Shown: one piece after another, positions 53,601 through 64,000 of the stretch
Position numbering within the stretch: position 1 is the first letter of the stretch
How the letters are laid out: every line of letters begins with the position of its first letter
Assembly: GCA_976551045.1 (NCBI GenBank)
Contig: CDPCPM010000323.1
Location: 3,038,001 to 3,102,000 of the forward strand
From: Glaucostegus cemiculus
Lineage: Eukaryota
DNA: 64,000 bases
Direction of reading: 5' to 3'
Position numbers and translations under genes: made by a program
The notes under the pieces: model-generated
The model's database searches: none
Seen by the model: the letters and a program-made list of their open reading frames with translations, nothing else
What the model was told of the DNA's origin: nothing

Positions 53601-56600
53601 TTTTTGATGAGGGTTCATCTTGTGTTTCTTACACAATGCAATTTGAGTATAAGCCCTTCAGCCTTCTGCTGGAAATATTAAATATAAGATAAACTAAGTG
53701 TGTAGTTGGGAGTTATTGAGGTCCAGCTACATATAGTTAATTGATAAACCCCAAATTACCATGCTGATGTCTGCTATTTTCCTAAAATTGAAGTACAGAA
53801 TCAGTTTTCTTCAATAGAATCCGTTTCTTTAGTGGAATCAGAATCCGTTTTCTTCAATTTTTCTTTTGAGGTCACTTTGAATTGTTCCCATTTTTCTTTG
53901 GAACACATGTCACAGTATGTATCATTTATGAAATGCAACTTAGACTTGCTGAAAGCCTGAGTGACACATTACAGTCTGGTAATTATAATGCTGACAAAAT
54001 CTATAATAAGGGACCCAGAAAGTAGTGCAAGGTTTTAGTGGCCACTCAACAGGGCTAAAGATAAGTTTTGTATCATTATTGTCTCCTTGGAACAGCTCAT
54101 TGCTTTGGAACTCTGCACAACAGAAACATTTGGCAGTTACACTGAATTCAGATTCCCATTCAGGTACAACTTTCCTGATTTTAATGTTTCTGCCTCATTT
54201 TGAAAGGAACTGTGTTGAGTGTACAGGCTGAATTTTAAGTCCACTCAGACTTGAGCTGTTCTGAATTCTCTAATTTGCTCTGCAGTCATACAGATGTCCA
54301 GCCACCCCTTTCCTTCCTGAAAACACCAGAATATTTTAACCACTACATTCAGCTGTTAAGTCAGCCCTAGCTAATCTTTTTAAATTGGTACAGGTTGAAT
54401 TCAGTCCAGGTGGTGGATTATATTTAAGAAAAAAATGACACGTTCTTGTATCTGCACTACAACAGGCCAAAAGTTTTTTGCACCACTTAATTTTAAAGAA
54501 CATCTATTGTTTAATGTTAGAAACATCAGAACCACTTTGGGCATGGCAAGCCTTAGCTAGCAATGTGATGTTGACCCAGTAACTTATTTAGTGAATTCAG
54601 TTGAATTGATATGGACCATAGCCACCAGGAGAATGTTTTTGTTCTCTGGGCTTTTCCACAGCCATGTGAGTTGGTGGTATAGATGCTGGATTAGTGTATC
54701 TCCTTGAAAATGGCTTCTTCAAATGTGGGATAGCACTCACTCAAATCTACACTGGAGTGTCTACTTAAATTTTACCTGTGAGTCTTGAATCCATACTTTC
54801 ACCAAGCTACTTTAAGATCTGTGGGATTTAACATTGTTCATTTAGACTAATACCAGATTAACTGCAGCTGCTCCCCATTGGTTACAGCTATTGCAGTGCT
54901 TTATTTCTCAAAAAGGTATTTAATATGATGCCTTCCATCTACAAAAAAAACATTCAAGTCATTCAGTAACTACATAGTAGTGTAGTAAATTTAGTTTGTT
55001 CTTGGTCACTAATATATCCCTTTGTAGCCCATGGACTTAACCATTTTTATCAAGCTACTGAGCTGATAATCATTTTGATAGAAACAAAATTATCCTGAAA
55101 ATCTGTGCTCCCACATGGAAGGACCTATATAATCAGAATAACGAGTACACTATAAAGCAATCATCTAATCAAATGTCATCAGTAATCCCAAATATAACTA
55201 ACAAGCCCTTTGATTGTTCCCTATCTTGTACTAAAGTGATTCAGTTTTGGACCAAAAGCGCTATTCCTACAAAGAGTGCAAAAAGATTTGCAATGATTTA
55301 CTCATTTACATACCTAGAAATTTGCCATATTCTACAAGCTGGAAATGGTAACACATCATTTTGTTCCTTTTCATTAAAATATGCACACTATTGAATGGAC
55401 CGTGAATCTATAATTTTTATTGACAAGCAAACTGTGTGGCTAACGACATGATGTGATACTGACTGCACCTAACACAAGCTTTCAGTCCAGCAGCTTCTTT
55501 TATATTTCTAGTCAATTTCTTCTCATGTCATGTTGAACCTTCTCATGGAATAGATGAGTTTCCCTTCTGTCTTCACCAACACCACATTGACCAGCTTTGG
55601 GATATTGCCAGATCTTGATCACTGCCATCCTCTTTGCTTTAAAAGCAACCAAGCAGCTCCATTTTCCCTGGACCACAAAGTCCTAAGTGAAGCAATCTGG
55701 TGTTTTCTTTTCCCCAATAGTGCAAACTGCTGTCACATTCCTTTCGCATCTCACCAAATCTTTGTGCTTTCCACAGACCAATATTTAATTAATGGTTCTA
55801 TTGGAAACTAGGAGAATGACTGCAAATTACATGTTAAAAATGGTTTCAAGGTCCATTTGAGTTTGAGCATTCGCATATAATGTATGCTTACTTATATGTT
55901 GATTTTGGATTCATTTCAGCACACAAGTAGTGTCCATTGTACATGGAAAAATTACAGGATTCTGAAATAAAGTCGTAACAGCTATCCAGTGTTTCTTAAT
56001 TTTAACACCACACACTGTTTCTTTGTTCAGAATCATTTCACTTGAGTCAGTTCAGTGGAAGAATGTTTAGTTTGCATCCAGTTTTTTTTTTTGCTTATGG
56101 ATCCCTTAAGGGTATCCAGAAAAGTTTTTAAAAATAGTCTTTTTTAGATTTAGAACATGCTTCTATAGTACCTTTCCATCTAGCTATCGTTGGATAGAAA
56201 GGTATGCCACTACCTAGTCTTAATCCTTTCACTTCTGTTCATTGCAGAATATTAATGAGAGAAATTCCACAATCAGTCTAATTTGAGTATTGAATGTAGT
56301 ATTGCATAAATTCTTGTCTGTTTATATACAAGTCAGCTCTCTTTGGTAGCATTAAAGACAGCTTAACCAGGCAATTCCCAATTATCAGTTTTTGCACCTA
56401 AACATTATGTAATTTAAATCAAGTTAAAAAAAAAAGAACAGCAGAATGGGAATCTAATGCTCAAAATTCAACAATCAGATCATTTAAACTAAGCAACTTC
56501 AATTGAGAAATGTATTATTCAGAACTATTATAATACACAACATCCAATCTGGAAGAAAAACTACACCATAGGAACCCTTCAGAAAGCTAGTATTGTAGAT

Positions 56601-57182
56601 AACTTTCATTCTACTGGCATCTTGGATTCTAATTGTCTCAATTTTTTAAGACAATTTGCCACCCATAATTTTCTGTGTCATTCTATAATGCTGTTTAATG
56701 CTTTAAAAGATTAATCTGCCATCAATAATGTTTGGAATTTGGCACTTAGGATGTAATTACATTTGATGTCTGTCAAGTTCAAACATTGTGCAGAGTATTA
56801 TTCAATGCTTATTAATTTATGATGAAAGTGATTTAGTAAAATATTTATTGAGTACACGATACTGTATTACGAATCAGGATTGGAATGCCTCAATTGGACA
56901 CAATTGCTGGCATAGAGAGGATGAAAAGATTTCCTGTGTTTAATGTGAACTGTTCTCAAAGCTTGCCTATCCAAATATTCAGATCTGATAACTTCATATA
57001 AATGTGGTGAATTAAGAATATTTCTGTTTTGCATTTGCCATGTATATTTTGATAGAAACTAGCTGGATTTACTCATTGGTCTAGTGGCGGAAAATTTGAA
57101 CATGTTACTGCAAAATGTTCCACATTTTAAAACACATAAAATTTTAAAATGTATTTTTCTTAGCCATAATTTGTTATGTCTT

Positions 57183-57200
57183 AATAAAGCATTCTTTATT
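57183..57200. promoter_or_regulatory. Back-to-back poly(A) signals: AATAAA on + (57183-88) and on - (57195-200)
   Basis: Sequence aataaagcattctttatt. Whether either signal is used is unverified. Confidence 0.35.
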
Positions 57201-57638
57201 TTACAATTTGCTGCTGCTTTCAGTTTAAACCATACATAATCAACCCTGTGTACAAGTCATCTGACAACTCATTAAAGAGAAAGGTGATGGATTGTTTATT
57301 TGCAGTGAGTGTTTTCTCCTTGAATTCACCTGTTGCTTCTCATCATGAATTAAACATTTATGATCATGTTAATCATTTATAGTTTGTCAGATGGGGGAAG
57401 AGGAGAGGTGGTGATGGGAAAAATTGTGGCTCCAGTGTTAAAGTGTAAACTACATAGAATCAGTTTCCGATTGATTGTATTGTGCAGACCTTGCAGTTAT
57501 TGTAGTCCAGCTGGGATAATTATACATGAATAAATGGACGAAAATTAATTTTCCCTATATTTAGGCATTTCTCATATTCTGAATGTAGTTTATTGCTGCA
57601 TTTTGTTTCAATGTACGTGATTTGTGCATGTTTATATT

Positions 57639-57671
57639 TTGTGTGTTTGTGTATGTATGTGTGTGTGTGTG
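57639..57671. repeat. Imperfect (GT)n microsatellite
   Basis: tgtgtgtttgtgtatgtatgtgtgtgtgtgtg. Confidence 0.75.
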
Positions 57672-57821
57672 GTTTCTTCATTTGTATCTTGAATGCCGTG
57701 CCCCGATTGGAGGCATTACAAGTTTTGTGTAACTCCGTAACAATTGTTGTTGGACAGTAGTCCATACTCAGTGCTGAGTGTAAACAGAAAATGAAGCCAG
57801 GCAAAGAATGAGCAACCTTGT

Positions 57822-57985
57822 TTAGATTTCAGTAGACAGGACAGAATTAGCAACAAGATGTTCACTAAGTAGGAGGCCATTTCTCATGCATGGAGACCTC
57901 CCAACAGGATTCCCACTTGAAGGACGGACCCTGTTGATGGCCCTCCAGGCAATTCCGGCAGTGGTCAGGCAGAGTCTCTTCAGCC
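57822..57985 (-). CDS. Candidate terminal exon of an unidentified convergent gene
   Basis: Minus-strand branch-like ttctaac plus cttgtactcctgcag acceptor, then an open frame LKRLCLTTAGIAWRAINRVRP...SVLSTEI*. No homology recognised. Confidence 0.28.
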
Positions 57986-58107
57986 CTGCAGGAGTACAAG
58001 TGTTAGAAGTCACCTTAAAGCAGTGAATGAGCCCAAAGCCCACCATAAATCTTAGTCAAGAGGAGGACCATGTGTAAATCAAAGGATGCAGCCACATTCA
58101 AGGGGGT

Positions 58108-58485
58108 AAACTTGCATTTATATGACACCTTTCACAATCTTGATGTCACAAGAGCAACCTATAGTCAATTAACTGCAGTAGACACTTGTAGAAGTTAGAG
58201 CCACCAAGTGGCACAATGCAATATTTGACAAATCCCAATGTACTGATGTCCAGATAAGGGGTAGATAATGGCTACATCACAAAGGAAAACTTTCCTGTTC
58301 TTCAAAGTGTTTTGTGGGCTGTTAAATATCTACTTGAGAGAGCAGATAGGGGTTGGTTTAGCATCTCACTGGATATCTGGTATGTCTGAGAGTGCAGCAT
58401 TCCTTCAGTACTGCTCTGGAGTATCAGCCTAGACCTTGAGCTCTGAACCCATAAGCTTCTGACTCACTGCCAGAGTGATATCAAA
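58108..58485 (-). mobile_element. Ancient DeuSINE (SacSINE1/AmnSINE-like) with L2-type tail
   Basis: Tail aacttgcatttatatgacacctttcacaa and core agtgcagcattccttcagtactgc...ggagtatcagcctaga. A shorter similar piece lies at about 54700-54810. Confidence 0.6.
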
Positions 58486-59379
58486 GCCTCAACAGAAAAC
58501 TACTTGGAGTATATGGGAGAGGTGAAGCTCCATATTACCACTAGTTTTGCATCTTGGTTGCTATGAGTCAAGTCAATAAAATAAAGAAATGGAATGTTAT
58601 TGAAAGTGTTTGAAAAATCACCTGTGAATCAGTTTGTACAAAGTGAAATCTTTACATTTAGTATTGTTTTTCAGACAGGTTTCCAAAATATTGAAGATGA
58701 TGGTATGAGAGACTATCAGTGGAAACCTTAGTTCTTCTGTGGAGGTGGCCCATGTGTTGTTAACACAGATAGGAGATCTTTTCCATGCAATCTGCCAACT
58801 TTTTGTGGCAAATTACGACAAATTGCGGGAAGGAGAGAGGCTTATCAGGCAGATTTCCTGGCATGGAGCAGTTCACAGGAATTATGTGTAATACTGTAGA
58901 TCCACAGCACTTGATTTTCTGCCCCAGGACTACCTGTCTTGCTTTAGTGCAGAGCATTCTTGTCTCTGGTACTTCAAGAATGGAAGTGCACAATTGGAGA
59001 GTCCATTTCTCCAACATGTTGATCCCTGTGTGAAAAACATTCTATGTAGAAACATACAACTTCAGCGAACATGTGATGCAGTGCTTTCTTCTGACTGAGC
59101 TTCCTTAGAGCACTGACTTCTTCCCACTTGAGATAAGTCTGACTTCACCAACACTGAGAAAGCACGAAATGGAAAACTTGCTTCACTCCATCAACCCTCT
59201 TCCTGTACCCTAGCATAGACAAAAGAAGGAAACACTGTTAAGGTTTTATTAATTCATGAGATGTGCGTGCTTCTGCCAAGGCTGCCGCTAATTATATGTG
59301 GAAAGGTGGAGGCGTGCTGTTTTCTTGGGTGGCTGCCATCCATATGGAGACCACATTCCCAGAATGCTGGTAGGTAGGG

Positions 59380-61400
59380 AATGCTGGGGGTTGGTCCAGT
59401 AGTGAGGAGGAAAGGTGATCCATTTCTGAGTCAGAATGGCATCTGACTTGCAGGCGGCGATGCTCCAATTCACCTACTTTTGTCCTAGCTGGTAGTTGGA
59501 TGCCGCAGGTTTGGGAGGTGCCGTTGAAGAACTTTGCTGTATTGCAATTTTTGATGGTGTGCACTCCAGCTGGGGTATACCTGTATCATGGAGGGTCATT
59601 GTTTAAGGTGATGCACGTGCCAAACAAGTGGACTTTTCTTCCCCAGGAGGTATTAAGCTGCTTCAGTGATGTTGGAGCTTCAGTACTCCAGGCAAGTGGA
59701 CAACGCTATGTTGATGGTGGAAGGTGTTTAGAAGTCAGGAGGTGATTCACCTGCTGCAGGCTCTGACCTCTGATGTATTCTTCCTGTTTCTACATTATTT
59801 AACTAGCTCCTCCTGTTAAATTTCTGGTCATCATTAACTATCCAGATGTTGATGGTAGGATTTCAGAAATGATAATGCTGAATTTCAAGATTGAGAGGTA
59901 GATGGTTAGATACTCTCTGGTTGAAGATGATCTTTGCTTGGTACTTGTATACATCAATGTTACATCACTTACTAGCTAATGGCTGAATGTTGCCTTGGTA
60001 TTGGTATTGGTTTATTATTGTCACTTGTACCGAGGTACAGTGAAAAACTTGTCTTGCATACCAGTCGTACAGGTCAGTTCATTACACAGTAGTTATATTG
60101 AGTTAGTACATAGTGCATTGAGGCAGTACAGGTAAAAACAATAACAGTACAGAGTAAAGTGTCGCAGCTACAGAGAAACTACAGAGCTACATCAGTCAGC
60201 AGGTTGTCAGTGAGTAAGTGCCATGTGATAGCACTGCTGATAATATTTCTCATCATTCTGACTGAAAGTTGACACATTGGGCAGTTATAAATTGGATTGG
60301 ATTTATCCCTTTTGTAGAAAGGACATATCTGGACAACTTCATACAGTCATGGGTGGATGCCAGTATCTCAGCTCTCCAGGAACAGTCACAGTTAGTCCTG
60401 GAACACAGGTCATCAGCACTTCAGCTGGGGTGTTACCTGGTCCCATAGCCTTGCTGCATATTTTGTTTCTTGACATTTTGTGGAATGAATCCACAAGAGT
60501 CTGGGTTCTGTGGAGAGTTAGTGGGATCGTTCATACAACACTTCCAGCTGAGCCTTTGTCTTGTCTTTGGTAGCTGTTCAATGCTCAATAATTGTTGAGG
60601 ATGAGATATTTGTGGAACATCTTCCTCCTGTTGTTGCTTTAATTGCACACCGTCATTTATGTTGTGAACCTCTGGTTGTGGGATCATTTCACTCTATCAA
60701 TAGCATAGAAATGGAATTGCCCTGATGAAGGATTTTTGACTTGAAGTGTAAACTCCGTTTTTCTCTCCTCGCATGTTGCTCGACCTGCAGATTGCTTCCG
60801 GCATTTCCCTATTACCATCAGCAGCATGCTGCGTGCATGGATTAGCAAGCAGCTGTCCCGCTTCATAGATTCACCAGGTTGGCAGCTCCTTTTTGGATGA
60901 AAACTTTGCAGGCAGCTGCTGCCCCGATCTTTCACATCCCTCACTGAAGCTAAACTGATTCGGTGGTAATGGTAATGTGAGGGATATGGCAGGTCACAGA
61001 TTGTAGTGGAATGGAACACAGCTGATAGCTCACAGGACCTTGTGGGACACACTTCAACTCTTAGATCTGTTCTAAGTCTATAGTTCAGCAGGGTGGGTGT
61101 GACTCCAAAGGGCACTCCCTCCCACCTATGCCATCTCTGCTGAGTCTGCCCTTTCAGAGGAACAGGACATGTTCATGGGTGTGATGTTGGCAAGAAGATA
61201 CAACTCTGTGACTTTGTCTGTGCTGTTTGACCAGCCTGTTGAACACATCCCTTCCATTTCGGGCATTTTCCCATAAGTTTGTGGGAGGACTTTAGGATCC
61301 CCTGGGCCTGGCCATTGTCAGAAGCTGGTGTTTTGGGTTGGTGCTGATTGGTCCACCCACCTTTGTAATTATAATCTCTCCTGTCCGTGGTACCACTGAG
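59380..61400 (-). mobile_element. Long degenerate ancient LINE interrupted by younger inserts
   Basis: Inverted similarity to 26640-27270; interrupted at 59995-60185 and 60710-60810. Boundaries approximate. Confidence 0.5.
59995..60185 (-). mobile_element. LINE 3'-tail fragment (Rex/Babar-like)
   Basis: Starts ttggtattggtattggtttattattgtcacttgtaccgaggtacagtgaaaa; inverted copy of 41620-41760. Confidence 0.7.
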
Positions 61401-61717
61401 TGACCTGCTAGGTGGTTTCAGAGTGTAACTTCTTTGGGTCAGGAGTCAAGCAGGGTAAGGATGACAAGTTTGCTTCTCTGAAAGACATTAGTGAACCAGA
61501 TGGGTTTTTACAACAGTGGATCCGATACTGAATTATTAGGATTAGCTTCCAGATTTAGTTCATTAATTTATTGAATTTAATTTTGCCAGCTGTTGTAGGA
61601 TTTATCTAGTGCATCATAGTTATTTAGCACCTTTCATGTGCTCTGTTCTTCTCACCAAACGTAGCAGCCGGTGAAACCACACAGACTTTGGAGACTCCTT
61701 TCTGTTATGTGTCTGTT

Positions 61718-61740
61718 TCTCTCTCTCTCTCTCTCTCTCT
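61718..61740. repeat. (CT)n microsatellite
   Basis: About 11 perfect CT units. Confidence 0.9.
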
Positions 61741-62257
61741 ATGGCATCTTTCAGCTCCCCAGAAGAACTTGTTAGATATCTTTAAAGATCCTAATTTGGA
61801 GAGGTTATAGTTAGATACCGTGAGCAGGTGCAACATGTTAATTGTCATTACACCAGTTTAACCCTTAGCAGTCTGTACAATTTTCTATAAAAATAAACAT
61901 TCAGAAGGACTCCTGTACATATTACTTACCAAATTGCCGGTTGTAAAATATTTCTTTACAGTGTCAGTGATTTATTCAGAGTGAGTTATAGAACAGAATT
62001 GCAAAGGCAGTTTTCTCAGCATTATACAAATCAAAACCAATATTTAACAATTATTTCAATGGCCGGAAACATGATTTGAATATCAACAAAGCCTTGTTTA
62101 TGCACTACCATTTTCAGTCAACAGAAGAAATTTGTTAAGTAGGGATAGAAAACGGATTAATTGCTTGGTAAACAATCAAGTATTTTCTCTCCATATTCCT
62201 TTAACATTTAAATCTTAGATACGTATCTGCTCCTTTAGTCATTAAATGAAAATAAAA

Positions 62258-62386
62258 CAAAAACAACAGATGCTGGAAATCTGAAATATAAACAGAAAAT
62301 GCTGTAAACACTCAGCAGGTCTGGCAGCAACTGTGGAAAGAGAAACAGGGTTAATGTTTCGAGTCCAAGACCCTTCGTTGGAACAG
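62258..62386 (-). repeat. Penelope-like terminal-repeat-derived element
   Basis: Contains cagatgctggaaatctgaa...actcagcaggtctggcagc...tttcgagtccaagacccttc. Confidence 0.7.
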
Positions 62387-62756
62387 ATATTAATAGTCTG
62401 ATAAAAATTAATTTAATGTCGTTCACATAATGCCCTAACTTAATTTGTTTAAATAGATAATGATGAAGTAGGATTCTAATTAGCAAGTTCTGATGTAAGT
62501 ACAGAACCAAATTTCAATCACTTTCAAAATTTTATAAATAAATGCAAGAAACAATTACCAAATCAAAGATAAAATATGACTATAATTCAAATGTCATAAG
62601 CTTGCAGAGTTCATTCGTGCCTTAGCATGCAATGTGTGCCTTCAGCATGTAGCATTGCTTTGTTTAAAAATAATCCTTGGCCTGCAGAAATTAAAGGCAT
62701 ATTATTGTCCTTAGAAATTGCAGAAATCCGCCTATAAATAACTAAAATCTGTACAA

Positions 62757-62792
62757 TACTGCCATCTGGTGGATATATTTGGCCCAGTGCAT
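62757..62792 (-). promoter_or_regulatory. Putative CTCF binding site (core plus upstream motif)
   Basis: Minus strand reads tgcactgggccaaatata-tCCACCAGATGGCAGta, matching the CCASYAGRKGGCRS consensus with an upstream TGCA-type module. Confidence 0.55.
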
Positions 62793-63150
62793 GAACAACT
62801 GATGGTATGTAGGGAGTGATCCCTGCATCTAAGCTGGTCAAAGCAAACGCAGCCAACAAGGGGCCTCATTCCTCAGTTAGACTGATGAGCTGTGACCATT
62901 TGCTGGTCATTCTCCGATTAGTTCATCAGCAAAGAATGCTAAAGGGAAAGTAAAGATGAGCAGGAGAAATAATGAATGAGAGAAACATAACTGGGAAGAA
63001 GAGTGAGAGAATTCAGGAGGGCATTTCAGAGCTAGCCTTGCTGGCAATGCCATAATTTCCTTACAACGTCCTTACCACCTTGGCCCATTGATTCCATTTA
63101 TTCCCCTGTGACCTATTCCCCATGCATTCCTGTCAAATTTTTTAAATAAC

Positions 63151-63376
63151 TTTATTTACAGCGTGATAACAGGTCCTTTCGGCCCAACAAGTCTGCACCG
63201 CCCATTTTAAACCCCCAAATTAACCTACCCGTACTTCTTTAGAATGTGGGAGGAAACTGGAGCACCCGGAGGAAACCCACGCAGACACGAGAGAACGTCC
63301 AAACTCCTTACAGTCAGCGACGGGAATCGAACCTTGATCACTGGCGCTGTAACAGAGTCGCGCTAACCGCTACGCT
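63151..63376 (-). mobile_element. V-SINE type A
   Basis: Matches the 8385 and 26001 copies. Confidence 0.88.
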
Positions 63377-63510
63377 GGCCACCGGGAGATCTTTACTTTA
63401 GCAGCAGATGGAGTGAAGGTCCTCGACAAAGTGGGTCTCACTGATGCAGATGAGGCCACACCAGGAGCACGGGATGCAACAAACGACACCCTCGGATTCA
63501 CAGCTGACTC
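63377..63510 (-). mobile_element. Penelope-like element fragment (GIY-YIG region, degenerate)
   Basis: Contains ggtctcactgatgcagatgaggccacaccaggagcacgggatgca, whose reverse complement resembles the CIRCSRCGLLYIGET motif. Confidence 0.5.
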
Positions 63511-63589
63511 AGGATGGAGGATACGTGCCTCCGCTCCAGTACGGTAGGTTCTGAGATGATTGAAGATCCATAGGAGGTGCTCGACAGAA

Positions 63590-63740
63590 CGGTTGACGGA
63601 TGCCGTGTGTTCCTTTCACAATTCATGTCTAGTCCCGAGGGCCTGAAGACTCCTACTCTTCAGTTTCGAATGGTCTGGGGCCAGAGATTCCCACGACTCA
63701 GCAAACACGTTGCAATTATTCAAGGAGACTTTGATAACTG
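63590..63740 (-). mobile_element. RTE-clade LINE ORF2 C-terminal remnant
   Basis: Minus-strand SLNNCNVFAESWESLAPDHSKLK resembles RTE SLKKCNIPTDSWESLAHDRSKWR. Confidence 0.55.
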
Positions 63741-63811
63741 GGAGGTTCCTCTGTCCTCCTGTTGCTGAACCTGGCTTGGAGTAGAGGGTTTGTGATGAGA
63801 ACCTAGTGTCA

Positions 63812-63918
63812 GGCATTGGGGTGAAGTACAGAAAGATGGGATTAGTATGGATGGACGCTCACTGGTCAGCATGGACATGGTGGGCCAAATGGCCTGTTAC
63901 CATGCCATATGACTTGAT
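63812..63918 (+). mobile_element. CR1-type 3' tail fragment
   Basis: Contains ggtcagcatggacatggtgggccaaatggcctgttaccatgc. Confidence 0.65.
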
Positions 63919-64000
63919 GACAATGTGGCCTGCCCACTGGAGCAGGAGGAGTGGACCAGAGCCTCGATGGTATGAATGGTGACCTGGAAGAAGGCATTGC

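Noticed and set aside
53797-53858. Short local duplications of agaatc.gttttcttcaat
   Set aside because: Ordinary slippage duplication, not a regular array.
58740-59100. Protein-looking frames on both strands
   Set aside because: In-frame stops, no coherent splice pair and no recognised homology.
1-64000. CRISPR arrays, operons, rRNA or tRNA genes
   Set aside because: The DNA is eukaryotic and intron-rich; the tRNA-like boxes belong to SINE heads, and no repeat-spacer array was seen.

Overview
AT-rich, intron-dominated vertebrate genomic DNA. The repeat families (V-SINEs, CR1/L2 LINEs, Penelope-type repeats, DeuSINE-like elements) point to a cartilaginous fish, probably a ray or sawfish; this is an inference. 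The window holds one clear gene on the + strand, an ELL-family RNA polymerase II elongation factor (ELL2-like). Ten coding exons were mapped by hand from 10406 to the stop at 50612. They total 1689 nt (562 aa + stop), use only GT-AG introns and have fully consistent phases. They correspond to exons 3-12 of ELL2; exons 1-2 were not found and probably lie upstream of the window. Almost all other track ORFs are repeat remnants or noise. Points worth checking: which ELL paralogue this is, hammerhead-ribozyme-like cores in dispersed Penelope-type repeats, an inverted repeat pair around an in-frame 555-nt exon block (circRNA candidate), a perfect 42-bp intronic palindrome, a tail-swapped SINE pair, a candidate convergent terminal exon with back-to-back poly(A) signals, and a strong CTCF-like site. 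No clearly new biological system can be demonstrated from the sequence alone.
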